Positions 9,704-20,936 are shown, counted from the first letter of the stretch. The stretch: 64,000 bases of DNA from an uncultured Flavobacteriaceae bacterium (GCA_942491255.1 CALOAJ010000003.1:10257-74256); one strand, 5' to 3'. The notes: generated by a model from the sequence alone, not told the origin. Program-made: numbers and translations.

Positions 9704-10406
9704 TTAAAACAGCGAGAGATCTGGGTTTTTTAAAACCGTCCAAATGTACTTCAAAAAAGAGAATGATAGCCTGCAACAACTCTCTTCTCAAAGATTTACT
9801 CATTCTAATTGTATGAATAGTATCAAATTTTATGCCTAAAAACCTCTTGAACACAATAAGGACCTCTTTTGTTATATAGGGATTCGATGAAGTTTGTATT
9901 TTAAACGCTCCTTCCTGAAGGTCAAAATAATCATAATCCATATTGGAAGTTTCCGGATAAAACCCTAAATACCTTGTCAATTCAATCAAAAAGAAAATAT
10001 GAAAATTTGGAATTGAATGATGGGTGTCAAGCCACTGCAAGGTCGTTTCCAAATAAACAAAAAGGTCTTTGTTCTGTTCTTCTTCATAGATGCTATTGGA
10101 AAGCATTTCTGCCAAAAAAAGAAGAATAGCATTTTTTGAAGGGTCTCCATGTACGGTTTGATAAGCGTAAGTAATTCTGGCCTCGGTAATGCGTTCTAAA
10201 GTTCCTTTGTTTTTGTGAATTGCCGAGATCTCTAGTTGAGTTAACGGCTGAAAATAAGAAGGTTTTAGTTTTCCCTTTCTTGAACTTAATACACCCTTTA
10301 ACAAATAAGATTTTATCCCGTCAGAATAGGTAAAAGCCTTTACAATTAAACTGCTATCTCCATATTTTAATGAAGAGATAATAAGTGCCTTGGTCTTAAT
10401 TTGCAT
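9687..10406 (-). CDS. recO: DNA repair protein RecO
   Basis: 239 aa. The N-terminal OB-fold region MQIKTKALIISSLKYGDSSLIVKAFT is typical of flavobacterial RecO. Its 3' end overlaps the receptor start by 17 nt. Confidence 0.8.
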   Translation of the reverse strand: MQIKTKALIISSLKYGDSSLIVKAFTYSDGIKSYLLKGVLSSRKGKLKPSYFQPLTQLEISAIHKNKGTLERITEARITYAYQTVHGDPSKNAILLFLAEMLSNSIYEEEQNKDLFVYLETTLQWLDTHHSIPNFHIFFLIELTRYLGFYPETSNMDYDYFDLQEGAFKIQTSSNPYITKEVLIVFKRFLGIKFDTIHTIRMSKSLRRELLQAIILFFEVHLDGFKKPRSLAVLNEVFD

Positions 10407-10426
10407 TTAGAAAAGTTAAGAGAGGC

Positions 10427-10434
10427 CAAAGATA
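10427..10434 (-). promoter_or_regulatory. -7 box (TATCTTTG) upstream of recO
   Basis: Exact TAnnTTTG match, 20 nt upstream of the recO ATG. Confidence 0.45.
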
Positions 10435-10463
10435 AAGGGAATAAGTAAGATGTGGACTCCAAA

Positions 10464-10504
10464 TAAAAAAGGGTTGGTGTTTTTAATTAGAAAACGCCAA
10501 CCCT
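10464..10504 (-). terminator. Intrinsic terminator downstream of gdhA
   Basis: On the minus-strand RNA, GGGUUGGCGUUUU-(7-nt loop)-AAAACACCAACCC forms a 13-bp stem with one C.A mismatch, followed by UUUUUUAUUU. It lies about 22 nt past the gdhA stop. Confidence 0.75.
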
Positions 10505-10525
10505 AATATTCCTTTATAATTGATA

Positions 10526-11893
<1,368 letters not shown>

Positions 11894-11916
11894 TTATTGA
11901 ATTAAAAATATAAAGG

Positions 11917-11924
11917 CAAAATTA
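11917..11924 (-). promoter_or_regulatory. -7 box (TAATTTTG) upstream of gdhA
   Basis: Exact TAnnTTTG match, 47 nt upstream of the gdhA ATG. Confidence 0.5.
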
Positions 11925-11971
11925 TATCTTTTGTGTAATAAAAGTGTACTTTTTTTTAAAATATGGCAAAT

Positions 11972-13126
11972 TTAACCTATTGCTTGTTCTAGATCGGCTA
12001 TTAAATCATCCACATCTTCAATGCCTACGCTAAGTCTAATCAGCGAATCTACTACCCCACTTTTTTCTCTTTCTTCTTTGGGTATACTCGCATGAGTCAT
12101 ACTAGCGGGATGTCCGGCTAAACTTTCCACTCCTCCCAGAGATTCTGCCAGAGTGAATAATTGAAGGCTTTCAACGATTTTTACAGCATCTTTAAAATTA
12201 CTTCCTTTGGGAATGAAAGAAATCATTCCTCCAAATTTATTCATCTGATTTGATGCAACCTTGTGATTTGGATGTGATTTTAAACCGGGCCAAAAAACCT
12301 TCTCTACTTTTGAATGTTGCTCAAGAAAAAATGCTATTTTTTCCGCATTCTCACAATGTCTTTGCATTCTAACATGTAAGGTTTTAATCCCTCTCAGTAT
12401 TAAAAAACTATCGAAAGGCCCACAGACAGCGCCACTGGCATTTTGGATAAAATATAACTGTTCAGCCAATTCCTTATCTTTAACTACCAGTGCGCCTGCT
12501 ACTACGTCACTATGACCTCCAAGATACTTAGTAGCTGAATGCATTACTATATCTGCTCCAAAATCTAAAGGTTTTTGTAAATATGGGGTCGCAAAAGTGT
12601 TGTCCACCGCAAAAAGAATCTTATTTTTTTTGGCAAGGGTATTTACGGCTTCTAGATCAATAACATTCATCATAGGGTTGGTAGGAGTTTCAACCCAGAT
12701 AAGTTTAGTATTGCTGTTAATTTTTTCTTCAATATTCCTTACATCTTGCATCCCAACAAAGTGAAAGATAATTCCAAACTTCTCAAAAACACGTTTAAAA
12801 AGGCGATAACTTCCTCCATACAAATCATTGGTAGAAATAACCTCATCTCCCGGTTCCAATAGTTTTATTACGGCATCCATTGCAGATAAACCACTGGCGA
12901 AGGCCAATCCGTAGTTGCCATTTTCTATACTCGCCAGAGAATTTTCCAGAGCTGTTCTGGTGGGATTGGCACTACGTGAATATTCATATCCTTTATGCTC
13001 ACCCGGACTTGTCTGAGCATAAGTTGAAGTTTGATAAATTGGAGGCATTACAGAACCATATGCTTTATCTGGACTCTGACCCCCATGTATGACTTTACTA
13101 TTAAAATGCAGCTGTTTTTTACTCAT
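11972..13126 (-). CDS. Cys/Met-metabolism PLP-dependent enzyme (cystathionine gamma-synthase / beta-lyase / gamma-lyase family)
   Basis: PLP-lysine motif HSATKYLGGHSDVV and family-wide similarity. I prefer ATG 13126 over the track's TTG 13147, because that TTG is part of a TACATTTG -7 box. Confidence 0.88.
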   Translation of the reverse strand: MSKKQLHFNSKVIHGGQSPDKAYGSVMPPIYQTSTYAQTSPGEHKGYEYSRSANPTRTALENSLASIENGNYGLAFASGLSAMDAVIKLLEPGDEVISTNDLYGGSYRLFKRVFEKFGIIFHFVGMQDVRNIEEKINSNTKLIWVETPTNPMMNVIDLEAVNTLAKKNKILFAVDNTFATPYLQKPLDFGADIVMHSATKYLGGHSDVVAGALVVKDKELAEQLYFIQNASGAVCGPFDSFLILRGIKTLHVRMQRHCENAEKIAFFLEQHSKVEKVFWPGLKSHPNHKVASNQMNKFGGMISFIPKGSNFKDAVKIVESLQLFTLAESLGGVESLAGHPASMTHASIPKEEREKSGVVDSLIRLSVGIEDVDDLIADLEQAIG

Positions 13127-13144
13127 AGGAAGAAATTGTTTCGA

Positions 13145-13152
13145 CAAATGTA
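13145..13152 (-). promoter_or_regulatory. -7 box (TACATTTG) upstream of the Cys/Met PLP enzyme gene
   Basis: Exact TAnnTTTG match. Its TTG is the track's alternative start 13147. The ATG at 13126 follows 18 nt later. Confidence 0.5.
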
Positions 13153-13213
13153 TTGCTATCTTTTGGAGAAACCAATGAAAGCTTAGATTTGCAATATCTA
13201 ATCTTGCAGAACC

Positions 13214-13954
13214 ATGAAAAAAGCTCTTATCTTGTTCTTCCTTGCCTTGACATCTCTAAGTTGTGAAAAAAAAGAGCAAGTCGTTTTTGAAAATATTATT
13301 CTCTCCAATGAAGATTGCAATGAGTGTCCAACTATCTCTATTATTTTTCCTTATGCCTTAGAAGAAAATAAATTATGTAGTTCTATTAATACGGCTATTA
13401 AAGAGGAGATAATCGAAAGATTGACATTTGATGATGATCTTGCCCCTGATTCAATCGAAAAGGCTATGGATTCCTTTTCTAGTGGCTACTTTGATCTAAA
13501 AAAAGCCTTCCCTGATGCAGAGGTTGGATGGGAAGCAAAGATTGATGGAGTTGTGTCTTATGAAGATGGGAAATATATAACAATACAACTAAATACCTAT
13601 ATATTTAGTGGGGGAGCTCATGGTTATGAATCTACTCAATTTCTAAATTTTGACAAAAAAAATCAAACTGAAATAGCGCCTGAAGAATTTTTTAAGGATA
13701 TTGAAGACTTCACGAGCTTTGCTGAAAAAAAATTCAGAAAACAGCATGACATTCCTTTTGATAAAGGGATCAATAGTACAGGATTTATGTTTCCGGAAGA
13801 TTATTTTGTTTTGCCAGAGAATATGGGTTTTACCAAAGAAGGATTCCAATTTTGGTATAATCAATATGAGATTGCTTCCTATGCTGATGGTGCCATTACT
13901 CTTGTATTCAGCTTTGATGAAATCAAAAAATACCTACTCAATAAAAACATCTGA
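13214..13954 (+). CDS. DUF3298/DUF4163-type lipoprotein
   Basis: 246 aa. Lipobox LTSLSC. The central YIFSGGAHGYESTQFLNFD motif is typical of DUF3298. Confidence 0.65.
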   Translation: MKKALILFFLALTSLSCEKKEQVVFENIILSNEDCNECPTISIIFPYALEENKLCSSINTAIKEEIIERLTFDDDLAPDSIEKAMDSFSSGYFDLKKAFPDAEVGWEAKIDGVVSYEDGKYITIQLNTYIFSGGAHGYESTQFLNFDKKNQTEIAPEEFFKDIEDFTSFAEKKFRKQHDIPFDKGINSTGFMFPEDYFVLPENMGFTKEGFQFWYNQYEIASYADGAITLVFSFDEIKKYLLNKNI

Positions 13955-13955
13955 A

Positions 13956-14429
13956 TTAAGAGGGAGCTGTAGTTAAGACCAATTTTTCTAAAGACAATAC
14001 AACTCCCAAATGAAGTCCTTCATGAAAAAGATTAAAAGCAAGAGCATCGCCAACACTTTTTATGGTAGTTCCTGTACTGGTAGTATATGAGGTAAATTCT
14101 TTGAAAAGTCCATTTTCATAGTCCTCTTGTAATCCTTCTGCTGTTGACAATAATAAAGCAGCTACAAGTTCAACTTCTTCAGCCGAGGCCTTTTTTTCAG
14201 GAACAGTTCCTTTTCTATAACTATTAATAAGTGACTCATTAACTTTCATTTTATTATTGCTTAATTTATATACTAACAGTTGTTGAGTTACAATTATATG
14301 TACAATGTTCCACCATATATTATTGCGATAACCAACGGGAATTTCATTTAATGACTCCAGTGGAAGTCTTTTAAGAATTTGATATAAAATCTTTCTGTTT
14401 TGCAAGGTAATCGCTACTAATTCTTTCAA
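13956..14429 (-). CDS. DinB-family protein
   Basis: 157 aa helical protein with His-containing motifs (NIVHIIVTQQ, FHEGLHLG) as in the DinB/YfiT superfamily. TTG start. Confidence 0.55.
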   Translation of the reverse strand: MKELVAITLQNRKILYQILKRLPLESLNEIPVGYRNNIWWNIVHIIVTQQLLVYKLSNNKMKVNESLINSYRKGTVPEKKASAEEVELVAALLLSTAEGLQEDYENGLFKEFTSYTTSTGTTIKSVGDALAFNLFHEGLHLGVVLSLEKLVLTTAPS

Positions 14430-14514
14430 TGTATTTTTGTTTTTTAATTATTATCCGATTGAAACGCCGATAAAATTAGCATATTCTTTGACAAGAACTT
14501 TATAAGAGTTGTTC

Positions 14515-14522
14515 TATTTTTG
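14515..14522 (+). promoter_or_regulatory. -7 box (TATTTTTG) upstream of the ArsC-family gene
   Basis: Exact TAnnTTTG match. Its TTG is the track's start 14520. The ATG at 14541 follows 18 nt later. Confidence 0.5.
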
Positions 14523-14540
14523 GCTCCATATAGAAAATTT

Positions 14541-14894
14541 ATGAAAAAGATTTATTACTTAAGTAGTTGTGACACTTGTCAACGAATTTTGAAAGAACTA
14601 CAACCATTAGATGAATTTAAACTTCAGGATATTAAAAAAGATCCCATTACTAATGAACAATTAGAAGGATTAAAAAATCTTGCGGGAACTTATATGTCAT
14701 TATTCAGTAAAAGAGCTCGTCTTTTTCGTGAACGAAATTTAAATGCAGTAGAACTTGAAGAGAAAGATTACAAGGCCTTAATTTTAGAGCATTATACTTT
14801 TTTAAAAAGACCTGTAATACAGCTAGATTCTAAAATTTTTATTGGAAATAGTAAAAAAATGATAGAAGCCGCTAAAGAAAATATACATCCTTGA
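14541..14894 (+). CDS. ArsC/Spx-family thioredoxin-fold protein
   Basis: MKKIYYLSSCDTCQRILKEL N-terminus (redox Cys region) and ...FLKRPVI. The track's TTG start (14520) lies inside a TATTTTTG -7 box, so ATG 14541 is preferred. Confidence 0.75.
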   Translation: MKKIYYLSSCDTCQRILKELQPLDEFKLQDIKKDPITNEQLEGLKNLAGTYMSLFSKRARLFRERNLNAVELEEKDYKALILEHYTFLKRPVIQLDSKIFIGNSKKMIEAAKENIHP

Positions 14895-15790
14895 GCAAAA
14901 GAACACTTGCTATACTGGCTGCACTAGGAGCTACGACCATTTACGGTCTTAATCATACTATTGCAAAAGGGGTAATGCCTCAATACATTTCTCCATTTGG
15001 ATTTATCCTGGTAAGAGTAGTAGGTGCTGCCATTTTATTTTGGAGTATCTCTTTTTTAGGACCAAAAGAGAAAATTGATAAAAAAGACTGGGGTAGAATT
15101 ATCCTTTGTTCCTTATTTGGAATGGTAATAAATATGTTGGCTTTCTTTAAAGGTTTAGACCTATCCACTCCAATCAATAGTTCTGTTTTAATAACTACAA
15201 CACCAATTATTGTAGTAATTTTATCTGCATTTCTTATCAAAGAAAAAATTGTTCCCCTTAAACTAACCGGAATTTTAATTGGACTCTTTGGTGCTATATT
15301 TTTAATATTATATGGTAATGAAATAAGACAAGATGCCCCAAATATCCCACTTGGCAACTCACTTTTTTTGGTGAATTCCTTGTTTTATGGACTATACCTA
15401 ATTCTTGTAAAGAAACTTTTAGAAAAGTACCATCCCTTTACTCTTATGAAATGGCTTTTCCTTGTGGGAGTGGTTATTAATTTACCCATTACCTTACCAG
15501 AGTTTTTGGAAGTTTCTTGGTCAGAATTACCCTTTGATGCCATTTGGCGAATAGCCTACGTAGTTATAGGTACCACCTTTTGTACTTACCTCTTTAACAT
15601 CTATGCCTTAACACAACTAAAAGCCTCTACAGTAAGTGCTTTTGTTTATGTACAGCCGATAATCGGTATCTTATTTGCCATAATAAGTGGGAAAGACCAT
15701 CTCACTGCAGTAAAAATTATTGCAGCCCTATTTGTGATGTTAGGGGTGTATTTAGTAAGCTTGAAGCCCAAAAAACAAAGATCTGCCTAA
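14891..15790 (+). CDS. EamA/DMT-family transporter
   Basis: 299 aa, about 10 TM segments in two EamA-like repeats. TTG start overlaps the upstream stop. Confidence 0.8.
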   Translation: MSKRTLAILAALGATTIYGLNHTIAKGVMPQYISPFGFILVRVVGAAILFWSISFLGPKEKIDKKDWGRIILCSLFGMVINMLAFFKGLDLSTPINSSVLITTTPIIVVILSAFLIKEKIVPLKLTGILIGLFGAIFLILYGNEIRQDAPNIPLGNSLFLVNSLFYGLYLILVKKLLEKYHPFTLMKWLFLVGVVINLPITLPEFLEVSWSELPFDAIWRIAYVVIGTTFCTYLFNIYALTQLKASTVSAFVYVQPIIGILFAIISGKDHLTAVKIIAALFVMLGVYLVSLKPKKQRSA

Positions 15791-15978
15791 GAATTAAAAA
15801 ATTATAAGCCAAGTATTTGATTGACCAATATGGCTACATCCAATTTCAAAATCCCTGATAGACATAGAATGTCTTTTTCTAATTTTAGCTTTTACTTTAA
15901 AAATAGTATGGTTTTAAGATTTAGGGATTCTGCTTCCTGATTAATTATTACTATTTTTAAACCCTCAAGCAGATCCTT

Positions 15979-16953
15979 ATGACAAAGAATAATTCATTTA
16001 TAAAAAATCTTTCCTTACCAGTAATTGCCGCCCCGATGTTTCTTATTTCCGGACCACAAATGGTAATTGAATGCTGTAAAAACGGAATTGTTGGAACTTT
16101 TCCTGCGCTTAACCAAAGAACAAGTGAGGGCTTTGAAGAGTGGTTGATTGAAATTAAAGGTGAATTAGAACAATTCGAAAATAAAACCGGAAAGAAAGCA
16201 GCACCATTTGGGGTAAACCTAATTGTTCATCCTACAAACCCAAGACTTGAAGCAGATCTTAAACTTTGTATAAAACACAAAGTTCCGATAATCATCACTT
16301 CTCTCGGAGCCGTTTCACAAGTTGTAGACGCAGTACATAGTTATGGTGGCCTGGTGTTTCACGATATTATTAAAAAACGCCATGCAGAAAAAGCAGCCGA
16401 AGCCGGTGTGGATGGCTTAATACTTGTCGCTGCAGGGGCAGGGGGGCATGCAGGAACTATTAATCCAATGAGTTTGGTAGCAGAAATTAAAAGCTTCTAC
16501 CACAAGACAATTATCCTCTCGGGATGTATTAGTAATGGAAGAGATATAGCTAGCGCTTTACAAATGGGAGCTGATTTGGCTTATATGGGGACCCGATTTA
16601 TAAATACCACCGAAAGTAAAGCCCCTGAAGAATATAGAAAAATGATAATTGAGGCCGGGGCAAGTGATATTGTTTATACCGCCTCTATTTCCGGAGTACA
16701 CGCTAACTTTTTGGGCTCCAGTTTAGCTGCAGCGGGAATTAGCCAGGAAGATTTAAAGAAGGATGTTAAAATTGATTTTGGAAAAGAGTTAGATACCGAG
16801 GCAAAAGCTTGGAAAACAATCTGGTCAGCCGGACAGGGCGTTACAACTATAAAAAATGTAATCTCCGTAAAAGACTTAGTTGAGACTTTAAAAGAAGAGT
16901 TTAAGACTTCTATTGAGGAGCAGTATTCCAAATTAGAGTACTATCCAAAATAA
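15979..16953 (+). CDS. Nitronate monooxygenase / 2-nitropropane dioxygenase family (FabK-like) FMN oxidoreductase
   Basis: 324 aa. PVIAAPM, VAAGAGGHAGT and GTRF motifs. Confidence 0.82.
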   Translation: MTKNNSFIKNLSLPVIAAPMFLISGPQMVIECCKNGIVGTFPALNQRTSEGFEEWLIEIKGELEQFENKTGKKAAPFGVNLIVHPTNPRLEADLKLCIKHKVPIIITSLGAVSQVVDAVHSYGGLVFHDIIKKRHAEKAAEAGVDGLILVAAGAGGHAGTINPMSLVAEIKSFYHKTIILSGCISNGRDIASALQMGADLAYMGTRFINTTESKAPEEYRKMIIEAGASDIVYTASISGVHANFLGSSLAAAGISQEDLKKDVKIDFGKELDTEAKAWKTIWSAGQGVTTIKNVISVKDLVETLKEEFKTSIEEQYSKLEYYPK

Positions 16954-17039
16954 ATGCACGTTTTGTATATCAATTTGTTTTAACCGAATAGACTTTTTAA
17001 AAAATCTATCCTTACATCCTGAATTCAAGATTTCCAGAA

Positions 17040-17999
17040 ATGCCATTATATTCTTCAGACTATCAGCCCCGATTTATTTTTAAAAATGGCCATATTTCAA
17101 CTATTTATTCTGGCCTTTTTAGAGAGGTCGAAGGAGTACAACAGATAAGAGAACGACTAGAATTAGCAGATGGCGACTTTTTAGATTTGGACTGGAGCTT
17201 TGCCAGAAAAAAAACTGATAAAGTAGTTGTTTTATTACATGGTTTAGAAGGTAACGCCCAGCGTCCTTATATGTTGGGAAGTGCAAAGTACTTAAATGCT
17301 AAGGGATTAGACTGCTGCTCTATTAATTTCAGGGGATGTAGTGGAGAAACTAACCGCCTTTTTAGATCCTACCATTCCGGGGCTACAGAAGATTTAGATG
17401 CCGTGGTACAGTATATTTTAAGCGACAAAAAGTATCGCTCAATTTTTTTAAAAGGCTTTAGTCTGGGAGGCAATATGGCCCTAAAATATTTAGGAGAAAG
17501 AACAGTACCCAAATCAATTAAAGGGGCTATAGGCATTTCTGTTCCCTGCGATTTACATGATTCTTTATTACAACTTTTAAAGTTCAAAAACACTCTTTAT
17601 GCCAAACGATTTAAAAATCATCTCATCGCAAAACTCGAAGAAAAAAAGAAATTATTTCCAGAATTACTTTCCGATTCAGACATTAAGAAAATAAAGACCC
17701 TCAAGGATTTTGATGATATTTATACCAGCAAAGCACATGGTTTTAAAGATGCACTAGATTATTATAATACTTGTAGTTCTCAACAGTTTCTAGCCAATAT
17801 TAAGACTCCCACCCTAATCGTTAACGCTCTTAATGATTCCTTTTTGGGAAGAAATTGTTATCCCCTTAAAGAAGCCGAAGTAAATCCTAAACTGTTTCTT
17901 AACCTTCCGAAATATGGAGGGCATGTGGGCTTTCCCGATGCGCAAAATTTGTCATATCCAGAAAAAATTGGTTATAAATTTTTAAAGGAGACCTTTTAA
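17040..17999 (+). CDS. Alpha/beta hydrolase (YheT-like)
   Basis: 319 aa. LLHGLEGN and the nucleophile elbow GFSLGGN. Confidence 0.8.
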   Translation: MPLYSSDYQPRFIFKNGHISTIYSGLFREVEGVQQIRERLELADGDFLDLDWSFARKKTDKVVVLLHGLEGNAQRPYMLGSAKYLNAKGLDCCSINFRGCSGETNRLFRSYHSGATEDLDAVVQYILSDKKYRSIFLKGFSLGGNMALKYLGERTVPKSIKGAIGISVPCDLHDSLLQLLKFKNTLYAKRFKNHLIAKLEEKKKLFPELLSDSDIKKIKTLKDFDDIYTSKAHGFKDALDYYNTCSSQQFLANIKTPTLIVNALNDSFLGRNCYPLKEAEVNPKLFLNLPKYGGHVGFPDAQNLSYPEKIGYKFLKETF

Positions 18000-18040
18000 A
18001 AGAAGCTATTTTATATCTTAGTGGTTCTAATTCATAAGAC

Positions 18041-18523
18041 ATGCGCAAAATAATTACCATTTTAGGAATCCTGGCCCTAGTTATAGGGTGCGGTGAAAAG
18101 AAGGAAGAAAAAAAAGATGGCGGTTTTGAAATGAACCGTACTAAAAAGGAGGTGAAACCTGAGGTGACGTCGGAAGAAGTTCCGGTTGATCTAAATAACA
18201 AGGGAGTAGGCCCAATTACTGATGTTACCTTTGCCGATGAAATCGATAGCGATATGGCCGCTGCCGGAGAAGCCAAATTTAATGCTATTTGTACAGCATG
18301 CCATATGGCCGACCAAAGAATGATTGGACCAGCGCTGGCCGGTGTTTACGAAAGGAGAAGCCCGGAATGGGTTATGAATATGATCCTAAATCCGGATGGG
18401 ATGATAAAGGAAGATCCCATTGCCATAGCTTTATTAAAGGAGTACAATAATGCCATAATGCTAAATCAAAATTTAAGTCAGGAAGATGCAAGGTCAATCG
18501 CAGAATACCTGCGTACCCTATAG
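18041..18523 (+). CDS. c-type cytochrome lipoprotein
   Basis: 160 aa. Lipobox LVIGCG and heme-binding CTACHM (CXXCH). Confidence 0.85.
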   Translation: MRKIITILGILALVIGCGEKKEEKKDGGFEMNRTKKEVKPEVTSEEVPVDLNNKGVGPITDVTFADEIDSDMAAAGEAKFNAICTACHMADQRMIGPALAGVYERRSPEWVMNMILNPDGMIKEDPIAIALLKEYNNAIMLNQNLSQEDARSIAEYLRTL

Positions 18524-18542
18524 TCTTTAAATTATCTTATTA

Positions 18543-18588
18543 AATGTGCTGTGCTCAAATCTTTTAAAGAGTGCAGCACATTTTTTTT
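18543..18588 (+). terminator. Intrinsic terminator downstream of the cytochrome c gene
   Basis: AAUGUGCUGUGCUC-(loop)-GAGUGCAGCACAUU forms a 14-bp stem with two G.U pairs. The final two U of the stem begin a T8 run. Confidence 0.8.
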
Positions 18589-18646
18589 GGCATTGTTATT
18601 GGTATTCTCATTCTACAAATATTTGTAGGATCAAAATCTAATATGA

Positions 18647-19366
18647 ATGAAAAAAGATATGAAAAAAGTGAGCATTAAAACTACCATAATCCTTTTCCTC
18701 TTTCTGGGGTGTTTAAAGGGTTTTTCTCAAACCAAGAACTTTATTGATCAGCCTTACTTAGAAACTACCTCAAAAGTAGATAGTCTAGTTATCCCCGATC
18801 GAATATACTTATCCATAACAATAGCTGAAATAGATACCAAAGGGAAAGTGTCGGTGGAAAAGTTGGAAAATATGATGGAAGCGAAACTACAATCTCTAAA
18901 CATTGATGTTCAAAAGCAATTGTCCCTGGCAGATATGTCGAGCAATTTTAACCGTTATTTCCTAAGAAAGACAGATGTTGAAAAATCCAAGGAATATATC
19001 CTGTTAGTATATGATGCCCAGACTGCTGGCAAGGCTATTCAAGGTTTGGAGTCTATTGGTATTGCCAATGTCTCCTTGCTAAAAAGTGAGTACTCGAAAA
19101 TAGATGAATTGAAAAATATACTACGGCAGCAGGCAGTAAAAAAAGCTAAAGAACAAGCGGAAATGATGCTGATGCCTTTAGATCAAAAAGTGGGTAAAGC
19201 CCTCTTTATTTCCGATTTAAATACTTCAGTCTACAACAATTTTCAAGGAAAAGTATCAGGAGTTAGAATGAGTATGGAAGCAGATAATTATGAGCCTATT
19301 CCAATTGATTTTGAAAAGATAAGGGTAGAAAGTGCCATTACGATTCGTTTTGCCATTCTGGAATAA
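18647..19366 (+). CDS. SIMPL/DUF541-domain periplasmic protein
   Basis: 239 aa with a signal peptide. The overall pattern (..ITIAEIDTKGK.. / ..AVKKAKEQAE..) resembles SIMPL family proteins. Called by eye only. Confidence 0.55.
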   Translation: MKKDMKKVSIKTTIILFLFLGCLKGFSQTKNFIDQPYLETTSKVDSLVIPDRIYLSITIAEIDTKGKVSVEKLENMMEAKLQSLNIDVQKQLSLADMSSNFNRYFLRKTDVEKSKEYILLVYDAQTAGKAIQGLESIGIANVSLLKSEYSKIDELKNILRQQAVKKAKEQAEMMLMPLDQKVGKALFISDLNTSVYNNFQGKVSGVRMSMEADNYEPIPIDFEKIRVESAITIRFAILE

Positions 19367-19390
19367 AAAATATTCTTTGAAATCTAAACT

Positions 19391-20917
19391 CTAAGTGTCG
19401 GCCAATACTTTATAGGTAGGGTCTTCCATTACGTTAACATCGATAATAGAATCTGCGTTGGCTAATAAATCTCTACAATCTTTACTAAGATGCCTGAGGT
19501 GTATTTTTTTACCTACTTTTTGATAGCGCTCAGTTATTTTATTCAAAGCTTCGATGGCAGACATATCCACCACCCTACTTTCCTTAAAATCGATGATTAC
19601 TTCATCGGGGTCATTTAGTACGTCAAACTTCTCATTAAAAAGACTTATTGAACCGAAGAATAAAGGGCCATATATTTCATAGTGCTTTACCCCTTCTTCA
19701 TCTATGAATTTTCTAGCTCTGATTCGCTTGGCATTGTCCCAAGCAAATACTAAGGCAGAGATGATAACACCCACTAATACGGCTAGAGCCAAATTATGAA
19801 GAAAGACGGTCACAAGTGTTACCAAAATCATTACCAATACATCCGATTTAGGCATATTGGTAAAAGTCCTTAGACTGGCCCATTCGAAAGTTCCTAAAGC
19901 AACCATAATCATTAACCCGGTTAAAGCGGCCATGGGAACTCTTTCTATTAGTCCGGCCCCAAACATAATGAATACTAACAACATAATTGAGGCCACTATT
20001 CCCGAGAGCCTGGCCCTTGCACCGTTAGAAGTGTTGATTAAACTTTGCCCAATCATGGCACAACCACCCATCCCTGAGAAAAGACCCGATAAAATATTTG
20101 CGGTCCCTTGGGCAACAGCCTCCTTGTTGCCACGACCCCTAGTTTCAGTTATCTCATCAATTATATTTAAAGTAAGTAAACTTTCAATTAAACCTACTCC
20201 TGCTACAATTGCGGCATACGGAAAAATAATTTTTAAAGTCTCAAAAGTAAAGGGTATTTGAGGAATGTGAAATGGTGGAAAACCGCCCTCAATGGATGCA
20301 ATATCTCCTATTGTTTTAGTATCAATTCCAAATACCATTACCAAGCCAAATACGGCAAGAATGGCCACCAAAGATGCCGGAACAGCCTTACTTAATCTAG
20401 GTAAACCCCATATTATTAGCATGGTAAAAAGTACTAATCCTAAAAATATATATAGTGTACTACCCGATAGCCAAGTACCATCATCCGATTTAAACTGATC
20501 CAGTTGGGACATAAAAATAATGATAGCCAAACCATTTACAAAGCCAAAGATTACTGGATGCGGCACTAGTCGCATGAGTTTTCCCAATCTTAAGAAACCC
20601 GCTATTAATTGAAGAATGCCCGCTAAAACAACGGCGGCAAATACATATTCTACCCCATAATCCATTGCCAAAGAAACAATTACTACAGCAACAGCACCTG
20701 TTGCTCCCGAAATCATTCCTGGCCTTCCTCCAAGGACGGAAGTGACCAGTCCCATGACAAACGCAGCATATAATCCTGTTAATGGTGAAAGACCGGCAAT
20801 TAGTGCAAATGCTATAGCTTCTGGAACCAGTGCCAAGGCAACGGTTAAACCAGAAAGTACTTCTGTTTTATAATTAACTTTCTGAGAAAAATCGAATAGA
20901 TTTAAGTACTTCTTCAA
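19391..20917 (-). CDS. SulP-family inorganic anion transporter with C-terminal STAS domain (paralog 1 of 3)
   Basis: 508 aa. LSGLTVALALVPEAIAFA N-terminal SulP motif, about 11 TM segments, STAS-like C-terminus. TTG start about 20 nt downstream of a TATTTTTG box. Confidence 0.9.
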   Translation of the reverse strand: MKKYLNLFDFSQKVNYKTEVLSGLTVALALVPEAIAFALIAGLSPLTGLYAAFVMGLVTSVLGGRPGMISGATGAVAVVIVSLAMDYGVEYVFAAVVLAGILQLIAGFLRLGKLMRLVPHPVIFGFVNGLAIIIFMSQLDQFKSDDGTWLSGSTLYIFLGLVLFTMLIIWGLPRLSKAVPASLVAILAVFGLVMVFGIDTKTIGDIASIEGGFPPFHIPQIPFTFETLKIIFPYAAIVAGVGLIESLLTLNIIDEITETRGRGNKEAVAQGTANILSGLFSGMGGCAMIGQSLINTSNGARARLSGIVASIMLLVFIMFGAGLIERVPMAALTGLMIMVALGTFEWASLRTFTNMPKSDVLVMILVTLVTVFLHNLALAVLVGVIISALVFAWDNAKRIRARKFIDEEGVKHYEIYGPLFFGSISLFNEKFDVLNDPDEVIIDFKESRVVDMSAIEALNKITERYQKVGKKIHLRHLSKDCRDLLANADSIIDVNVMEDPTYKVLADT

Positions 20918-20936
20918 ACCCTTTTGTTTAAGGGCG

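Noticed and set aside
13148-13213. Possible SAM or other riboswitch upstream of the Cys/Met PLP-enzyme gene
   Set aside because: Only about 66-87 nt separate it from the divergent neighbour, and this space already holds a -7 box. That is too short for a SAM-I/II aptamer plus expression platform, and I saw no conserved aptamer motifs.
17899-18276. 125-aa minus-strand ORF overlapping the end of the hydrolase gene and the start of the cytochrome c gene
   Set aside because: It is antisense to two supported genes and has an S/P/T-rich antisense-type composition.
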